Of a DNA stretch of 64,000 nt, positions 49,190 to 61,633 are shown piece by piece. Each line of letters starts with the position of its first letter. Within the stretch, counting starts at the first letter, position 1. Location of the stretch: the NCBI GenBank assembly GCA_051530055.1, contig CM121342.1:9315480-9379479 (forward strand), in the 5' to 3' direction. The notes under the pieces are model-generated. The model was not told the DNA's origin. It saw nothing but the letters and a program-made list of their open reading frames with translations, and did not search any database. Position numbers and translations under genes: made by a program. Origin of the DNA: Neoechinorhynchus agilis (lineage: Eukaryota; Animalia; Acanthocephala).

Positions 49190-50965
49190 ATCCTGGAGCA
49201 GATGAAGTGCCGGGCTGCCGAGCGCTCCATACGTCTCTACCCCAAAGGGGACAAAATAGTGAGCCCTCGATAACTGAATATATTTCCGTATTTTCCTCCC
49301 TTCCGCTGCACTGGCGGCACCACCGGCGATTTCGAGGGAGTAGGGGATGCTGCTGGCTGCGAGGGTATCCACACACGTGGCGTCCCAGAGTGGGCATTTG
49401 CCCTCCCGCCATGGGAAGACCGAAATTCCATCGGGCCTACGGCCGTCTAGTCGACAAAGGTGGGCGGGTTCCAGGATGTTCGGGAAGTTCGCCGTTCTCA
49501 ACGCCCGGGAAATTGCGTTATTGATTTCAGAATTGCGTGAGAACCTTCCTCCTGATCTTCTGCAGACGAGACCGTGTCGCCCGAAAGTATCAACCAAAGA
49601 CCCACATCGACAGCGATGGGGCGTGCATATCGGGAGACCAAGTCTTAAGGATACTGCGATCCTCGTTACCTCATCAGTAAGAAGAGTTCCCACTGATGCC
49701 AGAGGAACAGCCTCCAACCACGCCCCAGATTTTCCTGTTGAAACTGCCAACAGTCTAGCTCGGACGACCCCATCGCGAGAACCTGAAAGTAGAGAGCTGT
49801 GAGCTCTCGCGACAAGAGGTCCGTCCCAGATCGACTGTCTGGGGCCATTCACGGGAACATGGTTAGCGCCTGTCTGCTGGCACCATTCCTCAACCGCCAC
49901 TACTAAATCTCGGTCAAGACAGAACTTTTCCTTCAAAATTTTCTTCGATACTGGTAGGCTCCCCTCAAACGATCCAAGAAAGGCTGGCAAAGCAAGGTCC
50001 ACTAGTGCCCGAATCCCCAATCCCCAGATGACACAGGCAAAGAAGCTTGTCGCCACGCCTCATCTGAGAGTTGGACATTTAAAATACGCTCGAGACAAGC
50101 CCTCACCTTGCCGTCGAGCTTAGCCAATCCTTCCTTATGTTTGAAAAATGTTGCTGTGCGAACCTTGTACAATAATTTGGGGATGAAGAGCGCGTTCTTT
50201 ATTAGAAACAAGGCTTCATGAGCCGAGAGAGCGCTCACCCTATCGCACAGCAACGAAAGTTTCGGTATGATATGGCCGATCTCATCTTCCACATTTGAAT
50301 CGAAGACGCAACTGCCCAGGAGGCTGAGTTGCTCCCGAGTCACGAGTTTCAGGCCTGGAGCTACGGCCTCGAACCCAGCCATTAGTTCTTTGACTTTGGC
50401 GGCGTCTCCAATATTCAGTACAAGGAGCTCACATTTTCCAGCATTGAGCTCAATGCCCATCTTCGAGGTCTCCCTAATCAGCGTCTCCAAATCGCGCAGT
50501 ACAACGGAGGGATCACCTCCGAGCGTAGCGTCATCCAAGTACCAAGCGTTGAAGCTGGAATGGAGAGAATGCGCTATTGGATTTACTGTTAGGGAGAATG
50601 CGATTGGACCGAGGGGATCTCCTTGCTGCACTCCTCTTTCGGACCAAATGAGGTGGTATTCGAAAAGCAAAGGAGTCGCCGTCCCGTAGGCATTGAGAAA
50701 ATACTGGAAGGCTTCTGGGGCAGGATCCCTAATTGCCCAGAACTTGGTTTCTCTATTGAGAGAGTTAAAGGCGTTCCGAAAATCACACTTAAGAATAACG
50801 CACGGCTCTGAGCTTCTCGTAGCAAAGTTTCGGAGCGAGTGGACAATAGCTTCCGCCCCGCAGGATGTGCAGCAGCCCAGTTGGACTGGACGAAGTTGCT
50901 GTCCGGTTTTCTCTGTAATACGTTTGCAGAGAATTTTTCCTGCGAGTCAGCGTATCGTCGAAGAT
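49190..50965 (-). mobile_element. CRE-like non-LTR retrotransposon fragment (young subfamily)
   Basis: Same RT/RLE motifs as 26228-27950, and nearly identical to it. Confidence 0.9.
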
Positions 50966-51347
50966 ACGGCGACGCGGAAAATACATTGCGATTGCTTCAT
51001 CGATTACCGCTGGGTTAAGCTCAGTTCCAATTGTAATTGCCTCTTGTCGTGAGTACTTCGTTTTAATTTTTATATGACGCAAATATTTTATTATGTTGGA
51101 ATTCTGAATTAAGCTCCCCTGATTCCGGTGGCATCGTGCGTTTCCTACTGGTGGATAATGGTTGTATTGTGGAAATTGAAAACTTTGAAGATGAACACAA
51201 CGCAGAATTAGACGTGAGGCATTTTCGGACTGGCAAGACATCGATTCTGAAGATAGGTTTGATTTTCACGTTAGAATTGTTTTATTGAATGGTCAAAGCA
51301 TAGTTTTGAAAGCGCAAATGAAGAGGACAGGAGCAATGCTTTTAGAA

Positions 51348-52688
51348 ATGTCATTTTGCATGACAACTAAAAGTGGTGAAACGGGAACCAAGAAAGATGA
51401 TTTCAATGATCAGACGTCCGACGAGGCACGCCAAGTGGACAATGTTGTTCAACGAGAAGAATACAATAGCTCAGATCGAAATTTTGCCCCACAAATCTCT
51501 TGCTCCGTTGACAGCAATAACGACTGTAACATTAACAAGCAAAATTGGAAGATTTCTAAGAAAACAACAATTACAAAAATTAAGGATGATGTCATTCCGA
51601 TCAACTTTTCTATCCCGAAAGCTCAATATTGAACAATTCTTCGCTGAAGTTAACTACGCGATTGAGCAAAAAATAAATGGTTTATCGGAAGTCAAAACAG
51701 AGAAGTAGCTCATTTATCTGGTCTTTATTAATTTTTATAATAAAATTACTAAACTTAATCGCTTTTGATTCCTGCCTTAAGGAACTTTTTACTTGCATCG
51801 TTTTTAATTTAAGGTATTATAAATTTTTGAGTTTTATTGTTTTCAAATTATGTTGTTTTTTGTTTCACTGAAATTTCGCAAATAATGTAATTAACTAATT
51901 TGAAAAACAAACGATGCAAAAAGCTTGCGAGTGGGTATTTACGTGAACAACGTTTTCCCCAACGCTAGGAAATATTTTCGATTGAGCGTCATAACCTAGG
52001 CGGTTTTCCTCTGGTTCCTAGGGGAGAGATCATTCCGTGAATATTTTGCAAAGAGCATTGTTTTCGCTAACGAACTTTCATTGCGAAAAAGCTACATAAC
52101 TTTATTATCTCTCACTACTTTAACAGTAAGTTTCGGCTTCAAGCCAACGCCCGATGACGATTCCAGCGTCTAATTTGACGCTTCAGAGGGCACTAAAAAA
52201 TAAAAGAAAATCTGAAAATGTGATATTGGTATTTGAAGTCGAATTTCCAATTTCATATTTAATTTGGCACTCAAACGTATAAGAACTTTTGTAGGTTTTC
52301 AATTGCGAATGCGAATTCAAGGAGCTCTCGCGACGCTTCCACAAGAGATCTTTTGCTTCCGTAATGCGGTAGCACTGAACCTTTTCGTGAAATTAAGAGA
52401 AGTGCTCATAAATATAGCATTAATATTAAGCATTTTTAAAATAGATTCCATTCTCACAATGAAAGTGACCGCCAAAAGTCACAAATCGGGTGATTTAAAC
52501 ATCAAACTCGTTTTACCAGCCGCTGCTACAACTTTCTTAATTTTTAAAGTAAAGATCGAGCTCTATGATTGGATTATAAAAAACGCGGAATTGATTTCTT
52601 ACCTAATTTTAGCCTTAAATTATTTGTGACAAAAAGATTTATAATTTGTAAATTCAATTTGGCACTCGCTCTTGGAGGCCTTGTTTTT
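51348..52688. repeat. 1.34-kb duplicated AT-rich segment, copy 1
   Basis: Near-identical to 56014-57358; content unidentified. Confidence 0.95.
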
Positions 52689-53449
52689 AAGACACTAATA
52701 AATCAAAATGTTGGACTCACGAATGTTATAAATCGCTTTTTGCAATGCGCCCCGTGGTCAAAAAATCGTTCTGCGACACTTTTTGATATTATCGAGATAG
52801 AAAATCCCAAGACTCGAACGTGTCCGTCAGTCGAAGAATCTTCTTACGGCAGCTTTCACGAAATTCCGTATATTTTTCAATAAAATTTTCAACTATCTGA
52901 TTTTCCACGTTAATTGCGTCGATTGGACCGATAAAGTTTGTTTGTTAAAGTATTATTCTTCTACAAAGAGCCAATCTCCTTTCAGGGCCTCAATAACACG
53001 ACCGTCAACTCCATGAAAACTTTTCTTTGACTCAATTTTGACATTTGAAACTTCTAATAATGATAAAACATTCAACAAAACAATTGCTGTTTGCAATCTT
53101 TAAACTTTCCCTTAAAAAGGTTGTCGTAAAGATTTAATTGCGAAAAACGTGGTCGAATCAAAAAGCGGAATGTAAAAATTACTTTAAATTTGTTAGGATC
53201 TACAAACACTTCGATTTAAAATTATCGATGTTTAAATCAAAAGATATCATCGTAAATACTGAGCATAATAAAGATACCACTGATGATAAAAGGAGTAGAA
53301 GCCACAAAGACTCGAAGAAAAAGCAAAGGCGGCAGGAAACCCGTGTAACTCAAATCCGACTAAGGGTTCTTGATTAAATGTCTCATCTTATGAGAGAAGT
53401 TTAGTAATAACTTTGAAGCCTCCATTAGTTTAGCTGTAGAGTGAGGAAC

Positions 53450-53830
53450 ACCGGACGATACAAGGAAATCGGAAATTGGTGTGTTTAAAATGGCAAACTA
53501 CTTGTTGGTAACCGATTTGCTGTTCGCGAATATGAAGGTGAGCAAGCAAAATTGAACCGATTTGGGGAAATTTATCACTGCAAATTTTAAGTAAATGCAC
53601 CTACACTTGGTGCAACTTACGAATCCACCGACTCATGGTGACTTTAACGCACGAGTTGGACGTGGATACGTCTCGTAAAATAGGGAAGTGCAACTCTAAT
53701 TGACTGGCATCAAATTGACCATCTCATCATCGAAGGTTGAGACGATTTTTGGAAAGACCATCGAATGTTATTTTCCAAGCTAAATCTCACCAGGAAGCTG
53801 TTGTATAAATTTAGTGAAGGCTTTTATTAA
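53450..53830 (+). mobile_element. RTE-like APE endonuclease remnant
   Basis: GDFNARVG and IDHLII motifs. Confidence 0.65.
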
Positions 53831-53879
53831 CTAAATCGAAACAATGGAAGCAAATCAAAACGTTTTGACGAATGTACGT

Positions 53880-56013
53880 TACACAGGGGCAATCAATACT
53901 GCATATGTAACGTAATGTAGGTTATCACTAAATGCAACGTCGAGTAGGTTATAACAACATTCTTCTCCACTGATATTGTTCGAGGTACGGGGGAGGTCTC
54001 GGGATCCTTTTCCCTCGGCGTACAAATCGCTGATTCTTGTTGTCCTCATTATTCGCTCCAGTATCATCCTCCGCACCTTCACATAGATAAGTCTTTTCGA
54101 GATTTCCTTCTACACCTGTTCGGTCTGAACCTCCTGCGTTTACAGGCCAGTATCGTTATTTAAATCTGGTTCATCGATTTTTCGGGAATCGTTAGAAGTG
54201 TCAAATTCTTCATTAGCACTCTGATTAAGTGAGTGTCGGGCCAGGTCTTTGGTCGAGACTACACCTTCCTTGCCATCTGTGTACTGGACGAGTGCATTAT
54301 GAGGATTTATACTTTTTATTGTAGCTTCTTCCACTTTATCATTGTTCTTGAGCGTCGTATTGAATTTCCTGACATAAACAGGTCCTGGTTTAATCCAAGT
54401 CGGCAAGGTGAATTTAAGCATAGGTTTTCTTTTATATTGAAAAACTCGATCATGGGGGGTTTCTCCAGTAGCAGCGCTTATTAGCATCCTTAATGAAGTT
54501 AATACTTCAGACAGTATCGTCTCCCACTCTGATGACAGCGTTCCACACTATTCCATTGAAACGTTCTACCTGTCCATTTCCGATTGGATGATATGGACTA
54601 GAATGACTGTACGATGTCCCGATTCCCATAAGATTCTCCCGAAATTTGTCTGACATGAATGAAGAAGCTCTATCCTAATGGATGAAGTCCGGAGCGCCGA
54701 ACAAGGAGACGATTGACTTTATACATGATATTGCACATTCCGATGATGTATCTCTACATGCAAAAGGATATCGACTGTATTCGTCTATCGCCATAAACAA
54801 ATAAGATCTCCCAGTTCGTGTAGGTAGAGGTTCCTTAAAGTCTATAGCAATGCGTTCGAAAGGCCGCCTTGATTGAACCAGAGTGCCCAGATCGCTCTTA
54901 AAAAAGGTCGGCTTCAGTTGCGAACAAATATCACACTTCGTCACGATCGAACGTACATCTTCGACGGAGTATGGCAGACTGATCTTGCACGTATCGATAA
55001 AGACGAGTTATTCCCGGATGACAAAGAGCTCCGTGAATTTCACTCAACGTATTCAAATCTTTGACTGCGGTAGTGTATCCTGAAGCACACACATCTCTCG
55101 ATAGCACATCTGCAACGATATTCTTTGAGCCTGCTCTATACACAATATTAAACTTGAATTCAGACAGCTCCAATCGCCAGCGAATTACTTTTTCGCTCTT
55201 TATTTTGCTACGATGCTGACAATCGAATACAAATGAGATTGAGCGTTGGGCCGTGATTATTGTGAATACCCGTCCTGATAGGTAATGACGCCAATATTTG
55301 AGTGATTGGACAATAGCCAAAGGTTCTTTTTCAACCGATCATTGATTTTTGTTTAGAGATCGAGAAAAAAGGTACCGGACATCCATCTTGACTCAAAACT
55401 GCACCGATTGCTGATTCAGAAGCATCCGTTTCTACGGTAAACGCCATTGAAAAATCTATAGTCGTCAGCGTGGATTCTATAATCTTAGTGCGCAGCGCGT
55501 CTAATGACCTCACATGGCTTTCTTCGAGAGGAAAGGTTTCTACCCTAACCAGGGGTTGTATGTGAACTGAAAAGTTCTTACGCCATTTCGCATAATGGGA
55601 AAATAATCCAACGATTCGTCTTAACTCCTGCACATTCTGTGGTACTTTCAGATCCCGCAGAGCCTTAACTCTTTCCGGATCGAGACGTTTTAGTCCGTTC
55701 TTGATTTCATAGCCCAATATGCGTATCTTGTGAATCCCGTAAACACTTTTAACCTTGTTCAGCGTTATCCGCAACTTTTGAGCAACAGTCTGAAAATTGG
55801 CGACCGAATGATAACATCGTCCAAATAAGCATTGGTCCCGAGGAGTTTTTCTTTTTGGATAATATCATCGATTGCACGTTGAAAGACAGCTACCCCATTA
55901 ATAAAACCGAAGGGAATCCTTCGAAATTGGTACAATTTACCATTTGCGTCAAAAGCTGTAAAGCAATTTTCTTTCTCCAGGATTCCCAGTTGATGGTAAG
56001 CTGACTTTAAGTC
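53880..56013 (-). mobile_element. Degenerate Ty3/gypsy pol (RT, RNase H, integrase) with PPT and partial 3' LTR
   Basis: TDASESAIGAVL, HGALCHPG, IAIDFKEP, IDEYSRYP; purine tract GTGGAGAAGAA, then TGTTGTTAT at 53959. Confidence 0.85.
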
Positions 56014-57358
56014 ATGTCATTTTGCATGACAACTAAAAGTGATGAAACGGGAACCAAGAAAGATGATTCCAATGATCAGACGCCCGACGAGGCACGCCAA
56101 GTGGACAATGTTGTCCAACGAGCAGAATACAAAAGCTCAGATCGAAATTTTGCCCCACAAATCTCTTGTTCCGTTGACAGCAATAACGACTGTAACATTA
56201 ACAGAAGCAAAATTGGAAGATTTCTAAGAAAACAACAATTACAAAAATTAAGGATGATGTCATTCTGATCAACTTTTCTATCCCGAAAGCTCAATATTGA
56301 ACAATTCTTCGCTGAAGTTAACTACGCGATTGAGCAAAAAATAAATGGTTTATTGGAAGTCGAAACAGAGAAGTAGCTCATTTATCTGGTCTTTATTAAT
56401 TTTTATAATAAAATTACTGAACTTAATCGCTTTTGATTCCTGCCTTAAGCAACTTTTTACTTGCATCGTTTTTAATTTAAGGTATTATGAATTTTTGAGT
56501 TTTATTGTTTGCAAATTATGTTGTTTCTTTGTTTCACTGAAATTTCGCAAATAATGTAATTAACTAATTTGAAAAACAAACGATGCAAAAAGCTTGCGAG
56601 TGGGTATTTACGTGAACAACGTTTTCCCCAACGCTAGGAAATATTTTCGATTGAGCGTCATAACCTAGGCGGTTTTCCTCTGGTTCCTAGGGGAGAGATC
56701 ATTCCGTGAATATTCTGCAAAGGGCACTGTTTTCGCTAACGAACTTTCATTGCGAAAAAGCTACATAACTTTATTATCTCTCACTACTATAACAGTAAGT
56801 TTCGGCTTCAAGCCAACGCCCGATGACGATTCCAGCGTCTAATTTGACGCTTCAGAGGGCACTAAAAAATAAAAGAAAATCTGAAAATGTGATATTGGTA
56901 TTTGAAGTCGAATTTCCAATTTCATATTTAATTTGGCACTCAAACGTATAAGAACTTTTGTAAGTTTTCGATTGCGAATGCGAATTCAAGGAGCTCTCGC
57001 GACGCTTCCACAAGAGATCTTTTGCTTCCGTAATGCGGTAGCACTGAACCTTTTCGTGAAATTAAGAGAAGTGCTCATAAATATAGCATTAATATTAAGC
57101 ATTTTTAAAATAGATTCCATTCTCACAATGAAAGTGACCGCCAAAAGTCACAAATCGGGTGATTTAAACATCAAACTCGTTTTACCAGCCGCTGCTACAA
57201 CTTTCTTAATTTTTAAAGTAAAGATCGAGCTCTATGATTGGATTATAAAAAAACGCGGAATTGATTTCTTACCTAATTTTAGCCTTAAATTATTTGTGAC
57301 AAAAAGATTTATAATTTGTAAATTCAATTTGGCACTCGCTCTTGGAGGCCTTGTTTTT
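56014..57358. repeat. 1.34-kb duplicated AT-rich segment, copy 2
   Basis: Near-identical to 51348-52688; lodged between a gypsy RT and a CRE RLE fragment. Confidence 0.95.
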
Positions 57359-58370
57359 GAGGCCCCATACGTTTCCACACCGAAGAAGACAAAATGGTAA
57401 TTTCGGATTAGCTCCCTGTATTTTGAGCATTCCCGATCCTCTGCAGCCGTCGCCGCTCCTCCTGGACCTTTTTTCGAGTGGCTGATGTTGGAGTTTGCCA
57501 ACGTGTCCACACACGTTGCATCCCACAACAAACATTTTCCCTCCCGCCAAGGAAATACGGTCACGCCATCAGGGCGTCTTCCATCTAATCTACAAAGATT
57601 AGTGGGTTCTAGAATGTTTGGAAGGGAAAGCGTTTTTAGAGTCCTACTCAGAACGGCATTTATTTCAGCATGCCTTGGAAATCGTCCCGATGACGTCTTG
57701 CATATGAGACCGTGTCTCCCCGAAGAGTCCACTATAGTGCCGCAGCGCCAGCGATGCGGGATGCAAATCGGTAGACCTAATCTCAAAGATACTGCGACCC
57801 TGACGACTGAATCAGCAAGGAGATTTTTTAGGTTTACCTACAGGGAGAGCATTCAGCCATGCTCCCGACTCCTTCGTGGAACAGGCTACCAGCCGGACCT
57901 GAGACACCTCACTCAGAAGATCTTTGAAAGAGTTGTGAATCTTCTGAACAAGAGGAATGTCCCAAGACGACTTTGCATTCATCTGCGGGGAGCTCGTTGA
58001 TGCCTGTCAATTAATGCCATTGAGATAATCCTGTTTCAAAGATCGCATCCTTCAGTGATGTGCCTAAAATGGCATCGGCATAGACTTTACTTGCCCGGCA
58101 AGAGGAGAGGAAGGCAGGTAAAGCGACGTCTGAAGTGGTGCGAACTCCCAAACAACCATAAGCCGTGGGAAAAGTAGCCTGTCACCAACCTGTGTCCGAA
58201 AATTTGACATTCAATATATGTCCCAGCTGCTTACGAATTACCCCGTCGAGCTCTCCTAACAATTTGTCTTCTCTGGAATTTAATCGTCTTTTCAGATTTT
58301 CAAACTTTAAAATGTTTTCCGCATTATTTTCACAATTCAGCAGAAAAATTTAATTTTCTATTTGTAATTG
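57359..58370 (-). mobile_element. CRE-like fragment (RT C-terminus + RLE), separate subfamily
   Basis: HGLIC..GRFPRHAEIN; RPDGVTVFPWREGKCLLWDATCVDT; FVFFGVETYGA. Confidence 0.85.
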
Positions 58371-58687
58371 GTCGATACTTAATGAATCGCTCATTGTATT
58401 TACTCTTCGAGCTCTCCTTTTTCGCTTACTGGGGAAATTGTAACTTTTCATGCATTTGATTGGGATAAAAGAGAACCATTCTAGGTTTTTCACTTTACAA
58501 TTTTATAGTTTGACCTAAGAAATGAATGACCGGCGAACAGATTATCAATGCGATAATAGCTAAGCTTAATCGCAAGTGTAGAAAATGACGCCATTATTAT
58601 AACACGTTTTATTTGTAGATTTACAAGGAAAAGGACCCATGTACCTTTGGGTCCTCATAAATACACAGATATATTAATGTTTTTTGT

Positions 58688-58835
58688 GTGTCCGTTCTGG
58701 TGGGAATGTCCGGTCTGGGGATGTCCGCTCGAGTGGGAATTTCCAGTCGGGGATGTGCGTTCGGGTGGGAATATCAAGTTTTGTTATGTCGATATGTAAG
58801 GTACCGGGGAATGTGATGTCCGTTCCGTTGGGAAT
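58688..58835. repeat. Degenerate GC-rich short tandem repeat (GGGAATGTCC-like units)
   Basis: Repeated gtccg..gggaat/ggggatgt motifs. Confidence 0.6.
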
Positions 58836-58869
58836 TGGCGGATATTGTTTGCAGGAGTGCTTCTAAGGT

Positions 58870-59460
58870 TGATCTTTCCTCAGAATCACTTCAGGTTATG
58901 ATATCCGAGAAGATTGGGCAGCATGGAAAATGGAGCGTAGATATAAGGAGTTGCGAGGTATAGGAGGATGAAACGAATTAGGATTACGAGTGCTGTGCTC
59001 GTGTGAAAAGGGAGCGATATGTGGAAGAAATTGTGGTGTAAGGGTTGAGAGGCGTTTTGATTGTTTTATGAAAATAGCATCAAGGCATTCGGTGAGAGGG
59101 GGAAAACCGGCTGTGCAAATTTTAGATGCTCTTTTGTGAAGAATTTCAAAACGGCGGATTAGATATTTGGAAAGGTTGCAAAATACGGGGTTACCGTAGG
59201 TGAGGGATGGTAAGATTAAGCAGAAGTAAAATTTGTAGAGGTCGGGTGAAGGGATTCCTAAATGTCGCAGGCGTTTGAGGAAATAAATTTTAAAAATGTT
59301 GTGCTTGAGGGAGAGAGTGATGTGCGAGTTCCATTTCAAATTTGATTGAAATTGGATACCCAGAATTCTCAGGGAGGTGACTCGTAGAATGTCATTTAGA
59401 AGCTCAGGGGATGTTGTGGAGTTGCGGTAGAGAGATGGGATCATTTCGGAGGACAGCAAA
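58870..59460 (-). mobile_element. LINE (CR1/L2-like) RT C-terminal/3' fragment
   Basis: LRILGIQFQSNLKWNSHI..IYFLKRL..LILPSLTYG. Confidence 0.8.
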
Positions 59461-59559
59461 AGGTGTGGATGGAAGAGATGTTCAAAATGGTGTCCAAGGC
59501 CCAGATTGAACAGAAAAATGTGATACGGGGAGCATAGATAACCCCATTCCGCACTTTCG

Positions 59560-61633
59560 ATGGAGTCGAGAACTGGGCCGAGTACGTAGAACAAGCCGAA
59601 GCCCACATGGAAATCAATGGAATCAAAGAAAGCGACGAAGAAAAGCGTAGATCCTGTCTATTGGCCTGGGTGGGTCCAAAGATTTACACAGAGCTAAAGA
59701 AGATGGTAGCTGGCCGACCGTTCGACGAAGTCAGCTATGTAGATGTCAAGTCGCTGATTGACGCTTACGTAGCACAGCCAATGCACCAGATAACGGCGCG
59801 CTACCTCTTTAGAACATGCCGTAAAGCAGAAGGACAAACTCAGGCCGAGTGGGCTACAGCACTACGAGGAGCTGCACGAGGATGCGGTTTCTACAACAAG
59901 GAAGTTAAGGATGAACGATCAGCGGTCGACGAAAGGATTAAGGATCATATAATCGTGGCGACACCCTCGAAAGCTTTAAGAAAAGCTGCGATGCAAGGCA
60001 AGGATTCAGCATCATTGGAGGAAGTCTTAAAGATTGCCGAAGCGATCGAGGTAGCAGAAAAGGCGAGTGAGCTGTTATGTGATTCAAAAAGTAACGAGCG
60101 TTCGGATCAAAGAGGAGAGGTCGAGGTTGATCGAATAATAAGAAGTCAAAGGTTCACAAGGAAATCAGAGGATAAGCGAGTACAAGAACCGAAAGAGTTC
60201 GGTAATCGATGTGGAAAGTGCGGATTCGTTCATCGAGATAAAGTTCAATGTCCGGCAAGTAGAGGAAAATGTTACAAGTGTGGTATTAGCGGACATTTTG
60301 CCCGAATGTGTAGAAAAGCGTGGGTGAGACAAGCAGAAGCGGTAAAAGGAGCGCAGCCTAGAGAGGATGAGTGGGAACTTTAGAAAGATTGGTTGTTATG
60401 GGCTGATCTGCACTGCAAATGACGAGGGTAATCGAGCAGAAATAACGGCGAGGGTCGATGGATGTCAAGTGACAATGAATTTTGATACTGGCGCGGAAGT
60501 TAGTATCATCGACGAGGATATGTGGAATAAGATCGGAAAGCCGAGTTTGAAAGCGACGAAGCGATTGAAGGCGTTTGGAGGATCCGAAATCGACTGTCTG
60601 GGCAAGTGCAAAGTGAGAATCGAAACAAGAGGGATAAAGAAGAATACAGTGGTGCACGTGGTAAAAGGAACGAAGGGATGTTTATGGGGGATTGACTGGA
60701 TAAAGCTGTTTGATATGGAGTTACCCCCTTCAGTGATCGTCAGGGGAATAAAGACCGTACAGGAGTCAGTGGATGAGATGCTAAAACAGTTTGAAGTACT
60801 TTTCGAGGAGAAGTGTACCCCCATCAGGAATTTCAGAGTAACACTGCCGATTGCAGACGGTGCTCAGCCCACGTGGATACCAGCGAGGAGAGTACCGTGG
60901 GCATTACAGGATGCGGTAGTTAAAGAAATGGAACGATTGACGAACAAGGGGGTATTGGAACGAGTGGAGACAGGCGACACAAATTTAGAATGGGGAACCC
61001 CTATGGTCATCACGAAGAAAAGTAATGGACAAATACGAATCTGTGCGGATTTCAGAATCACCGTCAATAAAGCTTAAAGGCAGGACAGCTATCATATGCC
61101 AACTTTCGACGACATGCTACAGAGATTGGGGAATGGCAAGAAGTACTCTACTATTGATTTATCGGATGCTTACTTGCAGTTAGAGGTGGCAGACGACCAT
61201 AGGAAACTCCTAAATATATCGGCTCCATGGGGATTGTTCCGGTACCGGAGGATGCCGTTCGGACTAAGTTGCGCTCCGCAGATATTCCAGAAATTTATAG
61301 ACAATTTGTTGATAGATATCCCAAGTACCGGAGCTTATCTCGACGATATAATCATCTCTTGAAAGAATGACGCAGAACATCTCCAAAATTTAAAGGCAGT
61401 GCTCGAGCGACTTGAGGAGGCAGGGATAGGCATCAAAAGAGATAAATGTAGATTTATGGAAGCACGGGTGAGATATTTGGGGCACAGCTTAGAAGACGGG
61501 AAAATAAAACCGCAAGGAGAAAAGGTGACTGCGATAACGTCGGCGCGATACCCACGAAATAAAAAAGAGCTTAAGTCGTTCATCGGTATGGTCAACTATC
61601 TAGAACGCTTCATTCCCGAATTGCAATCTCACT
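59560..61633 (+). mobile_element. Mag-like Ty3/gypsy gag-PR-RT fragment
   Basis: CGKCGFVH...CYKCGISGHFARMC; FDTGAEVS; RICADF; YRRMPFG; YLDDIII. Confidence 0.9.

Noticed and set aside
52490-52545. VVAAAGKTSL as a P-loop (minus strand)
   Set aside because: It lacks the first glycine of GxxxxGK[TS], has nearby stops and shows no other NTPase motifs.
58688-58835. Short repeats considered as a CRISPR-like array
   Set aside because: Irregular degenerate units with no unique spacers, in a eukaryotic context.
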